62,594 bases of DNA from Nitrososphaerota archaeon. Lineage in GTDB: Archaea > Thermoproteota > EX4484-205 > JAAOZP01. Shown piece by piece: positions 47,100 to 57,024 of the stretch (positions are counted from its first letter, which is position 1; each line of letters starts with the position of its first letter). A model generated the notes under the pieces. It did not search any database. It saw nothing but the letters and a program-made list of their open reading frames with translations, and was not told where the DNA came from. Both the position numbers and the translations under genes were made by a program. Where the stretch lies: assembly GCA_011605725.1 (NCBI GenBank), contig JAAOZP010000015.1, positions 1-62,594 on the forward strand, in the 5' to 3' direction.

Positions 47100-47927
47100 A
47101 TGTCTATAACTGAGCAGCGGCCTATTATTTCTAAGCTTGAGCAGCAGGAGCTGCGGCGTCTGCTGGCTGAGAACAAGAGGATTGACGGTAGAAATCCTCT
47201 TCAATACAGGAATATCAGTGTCCAGCTGGGGTATGTGGAAAAGGCTGAGGGCTCAGCCTTGGTGGAGCTCGGCAATACTAAGGTTCTGGCCGCAGTGAAA
47301 GTCGGGATCGCAGTGCCTTTCGCAGACACGCCTAACGAGGGTATTCTCATAGTGAACGCGGAGCTAGTTCCACTGGCTTCACCTGTTTTCGAACCCGGTC
47401 CTCCTTCTGAAGAATCGATATCCCTATCTAGGTATGTTGATAGAAGCATTAGAGAGTCTAAGTCAATAGACTTATCATCACTCTGCATAGTTCCAGGAAG
47501 ATCCGTATACTCTCTTTACGTGGACCTTTATATTCTCGACTATGATGGCAACCTTATCGATGCTTCAGTAATAGCTAGTGTAAACGCTTTAGGCGTCACC
47601 AGCATGCCTAAATACGTTGTAGAAGGACAGACTGTTAAAAAGACTGATGAATACTTTAAGCTTGAGCTTAAGGATCGTCCTGTCTCACTCACCTACGCTT
47701 TTCTAGACGATAAGTATGTGGTGGATCCTTGCCTCAGCGAAGAGTATGCGTCTGACTTCACCCTCTCGATGACTGTTAAATCCGACGACAGGTTTTGCGC
47801 GATCCAGAAGAATGGTGGAGGAATGGTTTCTCCAAGGAGAGTCATGGAGCTTCTTGATAAATCTGTGGAGCTGGGGAAAGAGTTAAGAACAGTCGCCTAC
47901 AGCCGGCTTACCGGTGGAAATGGCTAG
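47100..47927 (+). CDS. rrp42: Exosome subunit Rrp42
   Basis: RIDGR, KAEGSA, FEPGPP, DYDGNLIDA. Confidence 0.96.
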   Translation: MSITEQRPIISKLEQQELRRLLAENKRIDGRNPLQYRNISVQLGYVEKAEGSALVELGNTKVLAAVKVGIAVPFADTPNEGILIVNAELVPLASPVFEPGPPSEESISLSRYVDRSIRESKSIDLSSLCIVPGRSVYSLYVDLYILDYDGNLIDASVIASVNALGVTSMPKYVVEGQTVKKTDEYFKLELKDRPVSLTYAFLDDKYVVDPCLSEEYASDFTLSMTVKSDDRFCAIQKNGGGMVSPRRVMELLDKSVELGKELRTVAYSRLTGGNG

Positions 47928-48177
47928 GAAGAAAGAGTCTGGAGCACTGGGTGTGAAATACGGTTTCTCGCTTAGAGAGAGGTATGTTAGGGTTCTTAAG
48001 AGAAGGAGGGCGCGGTATAGTTGTCCGAGATGCGATACAGGGGTTCTCAAAAGGCTCAGCGTAGGGGTTTGGAGCTGCAGGAAGTGCAATTACACTTTCG
48101 CCGGAGGAGCGTATGAACCGGTTACTAAAACCGGGGAAACTGCTGCGCGAATCGTTAGCAGCGCGTCCCAAGCATAG
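47920..48177 (+). CDS. rpl37ae: 50S ribosomal protein L37Ae
   Basis: GVKYG, CPRC, GVWSCRKC, FAGGAY. Confidence 0.95.
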   Translation: MARKKESGALGVKYGFSLRERYVRVLKRRRARYSCPRCDTGVLKRLSVGVWSCRKCNYTFAGGAYEPVTKTGETAARIVSSASQA

Positions 48178-48194
48178 GCTTTAACGAGTGTTAA

Positions 48195-48443
48195 ATGATA
48201 AGGGTTAGGATTACTCTTAAATACGGGAGTCAACAGGCAGCGGAATCCATCTACTTAGCCTGTCTTCAAGAAGCAGTTTCAGATCCAAGGTCAGGGGTGG
48301 GGGCGAGGATAGATGGAAACAGGCTGCTGCTTTTCTTCAAAGGCCACAGTCCTTCGAAAACCGCTGAGAAAATAGGGAGTGTTTTAAGCCTGCTTAACAT
48401 GGCTCAACAGGTTGACAGCCTCCTGTCGACGCCGGAAGGATGA
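48195..48443 (+). CDS. pcc1: KEOPS subunit Pcc1-like protein
   Basis: 82 aa, AESIY..CLQE...RS pattern; conserved position before pfdB. Confidence 0.65.
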   Translation: MIRVRITLKYGSQQAAESIYLACLQEAVSDPRSGVGARIDGNRLLLFFKGHSPSKTAEKIGSVLSLLNMAQQVDSLLSTPEG

Positions 48444-48485
48444 GAAATATGTTTTTAAGCATGCGCCTAAGGGTATGACTCGGTA

Positions 48486-48851
48486 ATGTCCCAAGAGTTG
48501 CCTCTTCAACTGCAGGAGAAACTGTCACGGCTTCAGCAACTTCAACAGACACTGGAGTCGCTCTACATCCAGAAGGAGCAGGCTAAGCTGGAGGCGAGAG
48601 AGCTGGAGTCTGCCCTGGAAGCTCTTTCCAACATAGACGATAACACGCCGGTGTATCGGATAACTGGAAGAATACTCGTCAGGAAGAATAGGGCTGAATT
48701 GATAAACGAGTTAAACGAGCAAATGGAGCTGGTTAAAGTAAGAATAAGCGCGATCGAGAGGCAGGAGAGCAAGGTTAGGGAGAGAGCGGCTGAGCTTGAA
48801 AACGAGTTGAAGAATGCTTTCTCAACAGGCAGGGGGGTTCCCCCTGCTTAA
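48486..48851 (+). CDS. pfdB: Prefoldin subunit beta
   Basis: Coiled coils flanking PVYRITGRILV. Confidence 0.93.
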   Translation: MSQELPLQLQEKLSRLQQLQQTLESLYIQKEQAKLEARELESALEALSNIDDNTPVYRITGRILVRKNRAELINELNEQMELVKVRISAIERQESKVRERAAELENELKNAFSTGRGVPPA

Positions 48852-48928
48852 CCATCGCCCTTATAATGTTTCCACTGTTCACACCTAGGCTTTTAAAGCC
48901 TCCCCGGTAATCTCTGGCAAAACCGGAA

Positions 48929-49792
48929 ATGACGGCGGTGAAGCTGAGAAAACTGTGTTTCCGATACGCAGGGTCTGAGAAGCAAGCGTTGACCAATATT
49001 GACCTTACGATTGAAGAGGGGGAGAGTGTACTTATAACGGGCCCATCGGGCTGCGGAAAATCCACTTTAGCAAGGGTCTTAATGGGTTTGATTCCGCACA
49101 GTTATCCTGGTGAGCTTGAGGGTGAGGCGTACGTGTTCGACATGGATGTTAAAAACACGCCTGTAAGCAGGATAGCCACACGCTGCGGAATAGTTTTCCA
49201 GAATCCTGACAACCAGCTGTTCACTTTCAGCGTTGAGGATGATGTTGCATTCGGTCCTGAGAACCTTGCTCTTCCGCCTGACGAGATTGGGAGAAGGGTT
49301 GACGAGGCTCTTAGGCTCGTCGGAATAGAGCATTTGAGACACTCCTCTCCAAACAACCTTTCCGGCGGGGAGCAGCAGAAGGCTGCGATCGCCTCGATAC
49401 TGTCGATGAAGCCGTCCCTACTGATATTTGACGAGCCGACCTCGATGCTGGATCCTTCTTCTTCAGCCAGCCTGATTGAGAGGATTTTCGAGCTTAAACG
49501 GAGCCTGGATGAAGCCGGTGGAAAGACTACTGTGATAATTGTAGAGCACAGGATAGACCTTTTGCTTAAGCATCTTTCCAGGATAATCGTGATTTCTGAA
49601 GGCAGGGTAGTTCTAGACGGGGAGCCACTAAGAGTTCTTGAAGAAAGCTTCAGGAGAGGGATTCCGATAAACATTCCTCCTATGCTCCAAATATACTTTA
49701 GGGTTAAGGATAGGTGTGGATTGGAAAAACCGCCTACTACCGTTAGGGAACTTATCTGCATGCTGGGAGGCAGTGTGTCAAGGGATGGTTAA
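48929..49792 (+). CDS. ecfA1: ECF transporter ATPase A1
   Basis: GPSGCGKST, FQNPDNQ, VAFGPENL, LSGGEQQ, FDEPT. Confidence 0.93.
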   Translation: MTAVKLRKLCFRYAGSEKQALTNIDLTIEEGESVLITGPSGCGKSTLARVLMGLIPHSYPGELEGEAYVFDMDVKNTPVSRIATRCGIVFQNPDNQLFTFSVEDDVAFGPENLALPPDEIGRRVDEALRLVGIEHLRHSSPNNLSGGEQQKAAIASILSMKPSLLIFDEPTSMLDPSSSASLIERIFELKRSLDEAGGKTTVIIVEHRIDLLLKHLSRIIVISEGRVVLDGEPLRVLEESFRRGIPINIPPMLQIYFRVKDRCGLEKPPTTVRELICMLGGSVSRDG

Positions 49793-50609
49793 AATAGCTG
49801 TAGAGAATCTTTACTTTCGTTACCCTGAAGCCGCGGGCTTCGCGTTGCGAAACGTAAGCTTCAGAATCGAAGAGGGGGAAAGCGTTGCGATACTCGGTGA
49901 AAACGGCGCCGGTAAAACTACGCTTGCGAAAAACCTGAACGGCCTTCTTAAACCGACTGAGGGAAGCGTCAAGATAGATGGTGTAGACACGAGAAGCTTG
50001 TCTGTTGCGAAAATAGCTAGGAAAATCGGCTTCGTCAACCATAATCCTGAACACCAGTTTTTCGCCGAGAAGGTTGAGGACGAGATTAGGTTCGGCCTCA
50101 GAAACTTCGGGTTCCCGGAGGAAACGATTGATAAGATTATTCAGGAAGTCCTCAGCGTCTTTGGGCTGGAGGAGTATCGTGGTAAAAACCCGTTTCAGCT
50201 CAGCGGCGGGGAGAAGAAAAGGCTTGCGATCGCCTCGATAATGGCTTGGCGTCCCGAGGCGCTTATCGTCGACGAACCGACTATAGGAATGGATTACGCT
50301 CAGAAGATGAACATTCGCAGAGTCTTAAGAAGAATCGTCTCGGAGGGAAGGTGTGTAATAGTGATAACGCACGACGTTGATTTCGCGGCAACCATATGTG
50401 AGAGAGCTATAATCTTAAGCAGGGGGGAGGTGATCGGCGACGGGAGGCTTAGAGAACTTCTTTCAGACGACGAATTGGTTGAAAAGGCTTCTCTAAGGAA
50501 ACCCTTCATCATAGAGCTGGAGGAGGAGACTGGCCTCACCGGCTTAGAGGAGGATTTCGACATCCTTAGCAGTATTCTTATGGAGGTTTTCCAAAAATGT
50601 CGTTCCTGA
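49785..50609 (+). CDS. ecfA2: ECF transporter ATPase A2
   Basis: GENGAGKTT, PFQLSGGEKKR, DEPT; ATG at 49785. Confidence 0.93.
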   Translation: MVKIAVENLYFRYPEAAGFALRNVSFRIEEGESVAILGENGAGKTTLAKNLNGLLKPTEGSVKIDGVDTRSLSVAKIARKIGFVNHNPEHQFFAEKVEDEIRFGLRNFGFPEETIDKIIQEVLSVFGLEEYRGKNPFQLSGGEKKRLAIASIMAWRPEALIVDEPTIGMDYAQKMNIRRVLRRIVSEGRCVIVITHDVDFAATICERAIILSRGEVIGDGRLRELLSDDELVEKASLRKPFIIELEEETGLTGLEEDFDILSSILMEVFQKCRS

Positions 50610-51331
50610 GAGCCTTCAAATACAGGAGGAAGGATACTGTGGTGCACAGGCTTGACCCTAGATCCAAGTTTCTACTTTCAGTCGTGCTGATGATGGTTTC
50701 AATAATGTTTGCAGACATCCGTGTTCTCCTCGTGCTCATCTCCGGACAGTTGATCCTGCTTTTCCTAGCGAAATCTCTCGGAGAATGGTTTTCATCACTA
50801 AGGGGGCTTGTATTCTTCTTCGCAGTAATCTTCATCACACAACTATTATTCGGAGGAACCTTTTACACGGGCATAGTGCTTTCACTCAGGCTCGTCGCAC
50901 TCTCATCGTCAATGTCCTGGTTCTTCCTTTCCTCCACACCGGAGGATATTGGACGGGCTATGAGTGTTGCTGGTCTCCCGATAGAGTTAACGTTCTCCTT
51001 CACTATGGCGATACGGTTCATACCTGTGATCTACGACGAGTTTCAATCAATATATGACACTCAGCGTTCAAGAGGGCTTGAACTTGAGAAAGGCGGTTTC
51101 AGAGACAGAATTAGGAACCTTATGCCCATTCTAATACCACTCCTGGTGGGCACGATAAGAAGAACGTATGAGATAGCTGACGCCATGGAGGTTAGGGCAT
51201 TCGGGGCTTCTCCAAAAAGAACTACTTATAAGCCGCTTAAGTTGAAGAGTGGAGACTACATCGTATGCATCGCTTCAGCAATACTTGTTGTTTCAGCTTT
51301 AGCTTTGAAGATGGTTTACGGAGTGGAATGA
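50597..51331 (+). CDS. ecfT: ECF transporter transmembrane component T
   Basis: HRLDPRSK, IRFIP, QRSRG, AMEVRAF. Confidence 0.93.
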   Translation: MSFLRAFKYRRKDTVVHRLDPRSKFLLSVVLMMVSIMFADIRVLLVLISGQLILLFLAKSLGEWFSSLRGLVFFFAVIFITQLLFGGTFYTGIVLSLRLVALSSSMSWFFLSSTPEDIGRAMSVAGLPIELTFSFTMAIRFIPVIYDEFQSIYDTQRSRGLELEKGGFRDRIRNLMPILIPLLVGTIRRTYEIADAMEVRAFGASPKRTTYKPLKLKSGDYIVCIASAILVVSALALKMVYGVE

Positions 51332-51509
51332 TTATTTCAGCTTAGATTGAAGGAGCCAAGCTCCTGCTTGGGAGGATTCATCTAAAACCTCTTCCAGGAA
51401 GTTAAGCTAGAAATGATCTTCTACTGTTGAGCGGGGAATAATGAAATTAATGCTTCGAGCTAAAATATTTATCGGTAGGGAAACGGTGAAGCTAGCGCGC
51501 GCCTCTTTA

Positions 51510-52994
51510 TTAGGCGAAACTTATTTCAGAGAAGTTTCCGGTTTTAAGCTCCAGTATGCCCGCAATATTAGGAGTAGGCATGATCCCCATTTGCTCCTGG
51601 TATTTTGTCCTCTCCTGCCATGTCCCACTGTTAACAAGTCTAATCCCCTTGTAAACCCTGCTTCTGAATACGTGAACATGGCCAGTGTGAAAAACGTCTG
51701 GAACCTCCTCCACAACAAGTTCATCAGGACCCTGAGTGAGAAGAGGGGTTCTTGAACCGTAAACTGGTGCAAGATGCCTGAATTGAAGCATCAGCTCCAT
51801 AGAGTTGTCAGGCTTATCGTAACTAGCGTTTTTAGAGAAGGTGGCAATATCCTCCATGCTCGTACCATGATAGATCAGGAATCGAACACCGTGAAGCGAA
51901 ACCATGCATGGGTTGCTCAGCGACAGAAGATTCCTACTTGCCTCCATCCTCTTCATATACTCTCTGAATATCGGGGGCTGCGGGAGTGCTCTCGGCGCTG
52001 CATCATGGTTTCCAGGTATTATTATTATCCTTATGTATTCTGGTATTTGGCTTAAAATTTCTAAAAGCATTTCATACTGTTTCTCAACATCCTTAACCTG
52101 GAGCTCCTTCTCCTGCTGTGGATAAACGCCGACACCGTCTACAAGGTCTCCAGCTATAACAATATATTTAATCTTGAAAGCCTGGTTACGCTCTCTCTCG
52201 CCTAACCCTCCTCCCCTCAGCCATCTAATCATTCTTCTGAAAGCCTTCTCTGAGAACTTCTGGCTTCCGAAATGAATATCGGAGGTCATTAATACTGAAA
52301 CATCCTCCTCAGCCACCCTGGCCTTTTTAATAGGGACGTCTGGGAAAATCAGCGACCTGCAGAAAAGCTTTGAGCCTGAGACACGGAAGGCTACTCCTAT
52401 TACTGAATCCGGGACAAGCCTATCAATCTTCTCCCTCAAATCCCTGCTGCAGTCTTTCGGAATCATTATCTTTACAGTGGTCTCGGGATCCTCCACCACG
52501 AGATAGTTTTCATGCTTCTCGTAAAGCATCACTATCGTCTTACCTTCTGAACCATCTGGGAGGCTACGCGCCTTTCTCAAGGGATAGTACGGCGATAAGT
52601 CGGCTCGGCTTCTCAATATCGAGGATATTTTAAGATATCTGTCGACGAAATACTGTTTCCTGGCTTCAAGATCGTCTGAAAAAGGCTTGGCTTCGTATGA
52701 TTTTAAGACTTCAACCTTCTCCTCAACTTCTTTAGCTAAAACCTGAGGATGCACTCCTGTTGACGCTTCAGATTTTACTTGGCCGCTTATGAAACGCGCA
52801 ACCATTTCCCCGGAGACCACGAGGCTACCCTTCTGCTCCCCGACTGTACCTGCCAGCTTGTCGAGCAGGCTTTGAAAAGAGTTTTCATCATAGTTTTCAA
52901 CAAGCATTGAAAGCGCTTCAGGGTTTAAAAGCAACCTGCGGCGTGCAGCCTCTGTTAAGATTTTCCTCCTCACCGTCTCCTTATCTTGAGTCAA
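51510..52994 (-). CDS. dp1: DNA polymerase D small (exonuclease) subunit DP1
   Basis: SDIHFGS, AGDLVDGVGVYP, PGNHD, YHG, RHLAP, HTGHVH, NSGTWQ. Confidence 0.96.
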   Translation of the reverse strand: MTQDKETVRRKILTEAARRRLLLNPEALSMLVENYDENSFQSLLDKLAGTVGEQKGSLVVSGEMVARFISGQVKSEASTGVHPQVLAKEVEEKVEVLKSYEAKPFSDDLEARKQYFVDRYLKISSILRSRADLSPYYPLRKARSLPDGSEGKTIVMLYEKHENYLVVEDPETTVKIMIPKDCSRDLREKIDRLVPDSVIGVAFRVSGSKLFCRSLIFPDVPIKKARVAEEDVSVLMTSDIHFGSQKFSEKAFRRMIRWLRGGGLGERERNQAFKIKYIVIAGDLVDGVGVYPQQEKELQVKDVEKQYEMLLEILSQIPEYIRIIIIPGNHDAAPRALPQPPIFREYMKRMEASRNLLSLSNPCMVSLHGVRFLIYHGTSMEDIATFSKNASYDKPDNSMELMLQFRHLAPVYGSRTPLLTQGPDELVVEEVPDVFHTGHVHVFRSRVYKGIRLVNSGTWQERTKYQEQMGIMPTPNIAGILELKTGNFSEISFA

Positions 52995-53102
52995 CCAGTA
53001 GAGGGTAATGGCAATGGCCGAGTTAAACCTTGCCTCCGCCAGGGGCTTGCAGGGTTGCGGAAAGTTTATTTACTTTCCCAAGGGACATTTAACAGGTCTG
53101 CA

Positions 53103-53282
53103 ATGTCTAAGGATCGTTCGAAGAAGGGTAGGCGTGAGGCTCGTCTCCCAGCCGGAACAGCCGGCCTCCTAAGCACTCTTGGTGAAAAAGGCAAGGGTTT
53201 CCAGATTAAGCCGATAGTGATCGTTATTCTTTCCGCAGCACTGATAGCGGGAAGTATTCTAATACTGCTGCTGAAAATATAG
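53103..53282 (+). CDS. secG: Preprotein translocase subunit Sec61beta
   Basis: Basic N-terminus, AGLL, IKP followed by one C-terminal TM. Confidence 0.8.
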   Translation: MSKDRSKKGRREARLPAGTAGLLSTLGEKGKGFQIKPIVIVILSAALIAGSILILLLKI

Positions 53283-53293
53283 GGATTTAGAGC

Positions 53294-55063
53294 TTGTCTC
53301 CACCAGATGCTTCCCGCCACCTCAGGCTCCTCTTTTCATTCCCGCCTTTAAGAATAATTCTCCTCGTAAACCTTATGCTGGAACTACTTGTTTCAATAAT
53401 AATGTTTTCACTATTCCATTTTTTCAAAGCATTCCCACATATACTGGTTATATTTTTCACACCATCCCTGTTCTCCGCACTAATACATAGTGTTTTTCTC
53501 CACGGGGACAAGGTTTTCACGTTAAGAAGGTTTTTCGCTCTTCAACTGGTTCAAGAAGCCTTATACGCGTCGCTAGTAATTGCCGGAGCCCTAGTCGCCA
53601 TCCTGCTCCCAGTTGAGCCGAGCCGCATCGTCTCCTCCGCAACACTATTCGGAATAGCTGTCTCATCCTTCATGTCTTTCCTAGTTATAACGGGTTTCTC
53701 CAGGAGGGAAATACCCTTTATTCTTACGGTTTCCCTTCTGAACACTGTTCTCCAATCTTTCCGTTGGATAGTTGCAAGCATCTTTCTCTTTAGAAACCTG
53801 ACAGAGGTTTTGACAGTGATACTGCTGTCGTTCTTAACAGGCGTATTACTTCTCGCAGCACTCACCCCTAAAAAGGTCAAGGGTAAAACCTCGCCCTTAA
53901 CAGTCTTCCAAGCATACTTGGACTATCATTTCAACAAGAACGAGGAGCCGCTTGAAAGGTTTTTCGAGGAGACAAGCCGGGAGAACAGTCTGAAGCTTTC
54001 CATAGCCACTTTCACAACCATCGGGAAGCCGTACACATCCTTAATAGGATTGAACATTCATTTCGGACCCTTCGGAACACTCGGCAGCAGTACTCTGCCG
54101 AACAGTCTGGTTAAGAAGCTTGAGGGCGAGAGCGGGCGTCGAATAGTTTTACTACGATCCCTTTCAAACCATAATCTCAACCTTCCTTCTAAGAAAGAGG
54201 TTGAAAGAGTAGGCTGCATGATAATGGCTGGTTTTAAACCGGCTAGGAGGCTTGAAGATTTTCCGGCAGGCTTCTCCCAGAAAGAGGCTGAAGGATACTG
54301 TGTCACTGCAGCCCGCTTAGGCCCATACTGCATAGCCTTCCTGTCCTGCCCGGGACACTCTGTTGAAGACCTTCCACCGGAATGGCTGCCGAGGCTCTTA
54401 AGCGTGGTTGAGGGAAAAGGCTTAACCCCCCTATTAATATGTGATGCGCATAACTCTATAGATCCTTCCAGCTGGAAGGTGAGTAGTCCGGATGAAAAGA
54501 TTTTCACAACCCTGCTCGTAGAAGCGTTGAACGACCTGGAGAAAAACCTTAAGGTGGGCTTAAGAATCGGCTTCCACAGGGTTACTCCGAAGAATCTCTC
54601 GGGTGAAGAAGTAGGTCCATGTGGAGTTTCAAGCCTAGTTTTCAACGTTAACGGTGAGAACCATGCTATCATAGTGATCGACGGCAACAATATGGTTATT
54701 GGAATTAGAAACATTCTGGTTGAGAACCTGAGGAAACGTTTCAAAGTTTCAACGATGGAGATAGTCACCACGGACACGCATGTTTTAACAGGTTTGAAAA
54801 AGGCTGATAAAGGGTATTTCCCAGTCGGGTTTAACACAGGCGTTGAACCCCTTCTTGAAGCATGCGGGGAAGCCTTGTCCAAAGCATTGGAAGAAGCCTC
54901 GTCATGCGGGCTGGAGGTTTACGTTGGTGATGCTAAACCGGTCAGGGTGACGGGCGATGTTTTCAGGGAGCTTGAAAACATCATCGAATACTCTGAGAAA
55001 ACCATAATGTTGCTAATGCTGCTGCTTGTCCTGTTAACCAGCCTACTGGCCTATTTTTTCTGA
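53294..55063 (+). CDS. DUF2070 family membrane protein
   Basis: N-terminal TMs; IHFGPFGTLGSS, DAHN, IDGNNM, TTDTH. Confidence 0.9.
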   Translation: MSPPDASRHLRLLFSFPPLRIILLVNLMLELLVSIIMFSLFHFFKAFPHILVIFFTPSLFSALIHSVFLHGDKVFTLRRFFALQLVQEALYASLVIAGALVAILLPVEPSRIVSSATLFGIAVSSFMSFLVITGFSRREIPFILTVSLLNTVLQSFRWIVASIFLFRNLTEVLTVILLSFLTGVLLLAALTPKKVKGKTSPLTVFQAYLDYHFNKNEEPLERFFEETSRENSLKLSIATFTTIGKPYTSLIGLNIHFGPFGTLGSSTLPNSLVKKLEGESGRRIVLLRSLSNHNLNLPSKKEVERVGCMIMAGFKPARRLEDFPAGFSQKEAEGYCVTAARLGPYCIAFLSCPGHSVEDLPPEWLPRLLSVVEGKGLTPLLICDAHNSIDPSSWKVSSPDEKIFTTLLVEALNDLEKNLKVGLRIGFHRVTPKNLSGEEVGPCGVSSLVFNVNGENHAIIVIDGNNMVIGIRNILVENLRKRFKVSTMEIVTTDTHVLTGLKKADKGYFPVGFNTGVEPLLEACGEALSKALEEASSCGLEVYVGDAKPVRVTGDVFRELENIIEYSEKTIMLLMLLLVLLTSLLAYFF

Positions 55064-55064
55064 C

Positions 55065-55340
55065 TCACGGCGAATGAGGATTTTTAAGAATTATTTCAAT
55101 AACAGGGATTACTCTTGAGTTGTCAGCTTCGTTAACATCCTCAACTATTCTGATTTCAAGTATCTGGGTTCCAGCCACGTTTCTCCGGAGAAGGTTCGCC
55201 ACGTCAACAGCCCTGGAAATATTGCTGCCTCTTCCCCGTATTATTAGTGTTTTACTGCCGCTGTTGAAAACGGTGATGCAGGCAGTAACATAGTTCCACG
55301 GCTTCTTCTTCCCGACAACCACCACGGGGCTACTGCTCAA
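55065..55340 (-). CDS. albA: Alba family nucleic-acid-binding protein (divergent)
   Basis: VVVGKKKPWNYV, RGRGSNISRAVDVA, VIEIIL; TTG start overlapping the RPA stop. Confidence 0.85.
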   Translation of the reverse strand: MSSSPVVVVGKKKPWNYVTACITVFNSGSKTLIIRGRGSNISRAVDVANLLRRNVAGTQILEIRIVEDVNEADNSRVIPVIEIILKNPHSP

Positions 55341-56832
55341 AACCTGTCTCCTCCACCTCACTGTCGCCAGTAACCTCGACACGCATACCGCCGATACTCC
55401 TCTCCCTGACGTTGCACCATTTTATCCTAATGCTTCTCCCAGGAGTCAACCATGATATTTTAGCGGTGTTTTCACGCCATGCTACTACTTCAACCAAACC
55501 AGTATCGTCAACAAGGTTGAAACGACATGTTTTTATTCTTTCGCCTGAGGCTGAAGCAATCTCCTGCTCCTCAGGCTTGCTGGAGACAACTCCCTCCACG
55601 TGAATTTTTCTCAAGCCTGGTTCAAGCTCGCCTACTCTGTAAACCTCCTCAGGAACCCGTAGGCCGGGTATTCCGTCCTCAACCCTGACTATCGTGGTAG
55701 CTGAAACAGTGCTCAACAGAACCTGTCTCCCCCAGCGTCTGGGAACCAGGTTTAGGAAAAACACTTTCTTACCCTCTCCTATCTGCCTAAGCCTATCTGC
55801 AAAGCTGTCCCAAGCTGTTAACACAGCGTAAGACTCTCCGTCTGAAACAATAACATCCATAAACCTTCTAAGCCTGCCGCCGAATGAGACAACATTATCG
55901 CTGAACATTTTAAGCATTTGGAGCTTAAGGTTCACAGGGTTTCCTGAGCTTATTGCGGACAAAGCAGAATACTCGACACCACCGGCCCCGCTGACAACCT
56001 CGAGACAGCCAAGCGAGTCAAGCTCAAGCTCCAGTCTACCGCTCAAACCCTTTCTAACCCTTGCGCCAGCAACCAGTACAGTGCTGAGAACATCCTTCTC
56101 AGAAACCTTCCCCGAATGCTCCTGCCAAAGGGTTAAAGGCATCCTGACATCTCCATCAGCCAAGACTATTCTCCTAACAGCTCCCTCATCTCCCCTGGGG
56201 CCGGTGAAGGTTTTAAGCTCCGAGACGCCTGCTACAGTCGCCTTAACGTTAACAATATTGTCCGAGTAACCTATGTCTACAAGCCTCTTGAAGAAAGACT
56301 CTCTCGAAGGAATGTCCAGGCTTTCCTCAGCCTTTGAAACACTCCCAACGCTACCCAGGTGGATCTCAACCGTGCCGAGCCTACCCTCCTTACTGTAGGC
56401 CCTAGTAACCCTAATAACGTCCCCAGGCCTTATGTTCAATTCTCTAAGCAAGCCAGCCTTCTCCCTCCACAAGTAGAGGTAGCACCATCCCGAAGAATCC
56501 CCAATAATCACCCTTGTTATCAGGATCTTCTCACCGTTAGACTCAACCTCCTTAGGCTCAAGAACGGCGATAACCCTTCCACGCGTAGAAATATTCGTTA
56601 AACCAGAGACTATGTTACCTATCTTAACCTCTCTTTCCAGCGAAACCTCTTCAATCCTGACGCCCAGCTCGTTCGCAACACTGAAAACAGCCCAAACCTC
56701 CCTGTAGGCCTCACTGACCCTAGCTTCCTTCTTCCTCTCTTCAATCATACGTAGAAGCTCCTCTCTAGTAAGGTCCCTTCTTTTCTCAAGAATCGTGTCG
56801 ACATACCTGCGGATAAGCTCCTCTCTAGACAT
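55330..56832 (-). CDS. rpa: Replication protein A-like ssDNA-binding protein with four OB folds
   Basis: Repeated OB cores IGDSSG..LYLW, LADGD..LTLW, VSDGE..LTAW, LVDDTG..VVAW. Confidence 0.85.
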   Translation of the reverse strand: MSREELIRRYVDTILEKRRDLTREELLRMIEERKKEARVSEAYREVWAVFSVANELGVRIEEVSLEREVKIGNIVSGLTNISTRGRVIAVLEPKEVESNGEKILITRVIIGDSSGWCYLYLWREKAGLLRELNIRPGDVIRVTRAYSKEGRLGTVEIHLGSVGSVSKAEESLDIPSRESFFKRLVDIGYSDNIVNVKATVAGVSELKTFTGPRGDEGAVRRIVLADGDVRMPLTLWQEHSGKVSEKDVLSTVLVAGARVRKGLSGRLELELDSLGCLEVVSGAGGVEYSALSAISSGNPVNLKLQMLKMFSDNVVSFGGRLRRFMDVIVSDGESYAVLTAWDSFADRLRQIGEGKKVFFLNLVPRRWGRQVLLSTVSATTIVRVEDGIPGLRVPEEVYRVGELEPGLRKIHVEGVVSSKPEEQEIASASGERIKTCRFNLVDDTGLVEVVAWRENTAKISWLTPGRSIRIKWCNVRERSIGGMRVEVTGDSEVEETGFEQ

Positions 56833-56893
56833 GCCTGCTCTCCCTTTTCACATCCCTATTTGAAACCCTTCCAGGGAGTATTTACACATACCT

Positions 56894-57013
56894 CTACCGA
56901 GCATGACGCCTAACAGTTCTACTGGCGATAAAGTATATCAAAACTATTAAAGCACCTACTGCAAACACCAGAGAAACCGTCCCCAGCACGCTTACGAAGT
57001 CGTTTACACTCAT
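56894..57013 (-). CDS. 39-aa single-TM microprotein (below the ORF-track cutoff)
   Basis: MSVNDFVSVLGTVSLVFAVGALIVLIYFIASRTVRRHAR; hydrophobic helix then basic tail; TATA-like CTTATTAA about 25 nt upstream on the - strand. Confidence 0.55.
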   Translation of the reverse strand: MSVNDFVSVLGTVSLVFAVGALIVLIYFIASRTVRRHAR

Positions 57014-57024
57014 AACCGGAATAT

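Noticed and set aside
51332-51509. Replication origin next to DP1
   Set aside because: No repeated ORB boxes and no cdc6; only a short CTTCCAGGAAG inverted repeat.
54058-54882. Long antisense ORFs (274 aa here; also 7008-7646, 42960-43526, 49102-49761)
   Set aside because: Fully antisense to well-supported genes, with no motifs of their own.
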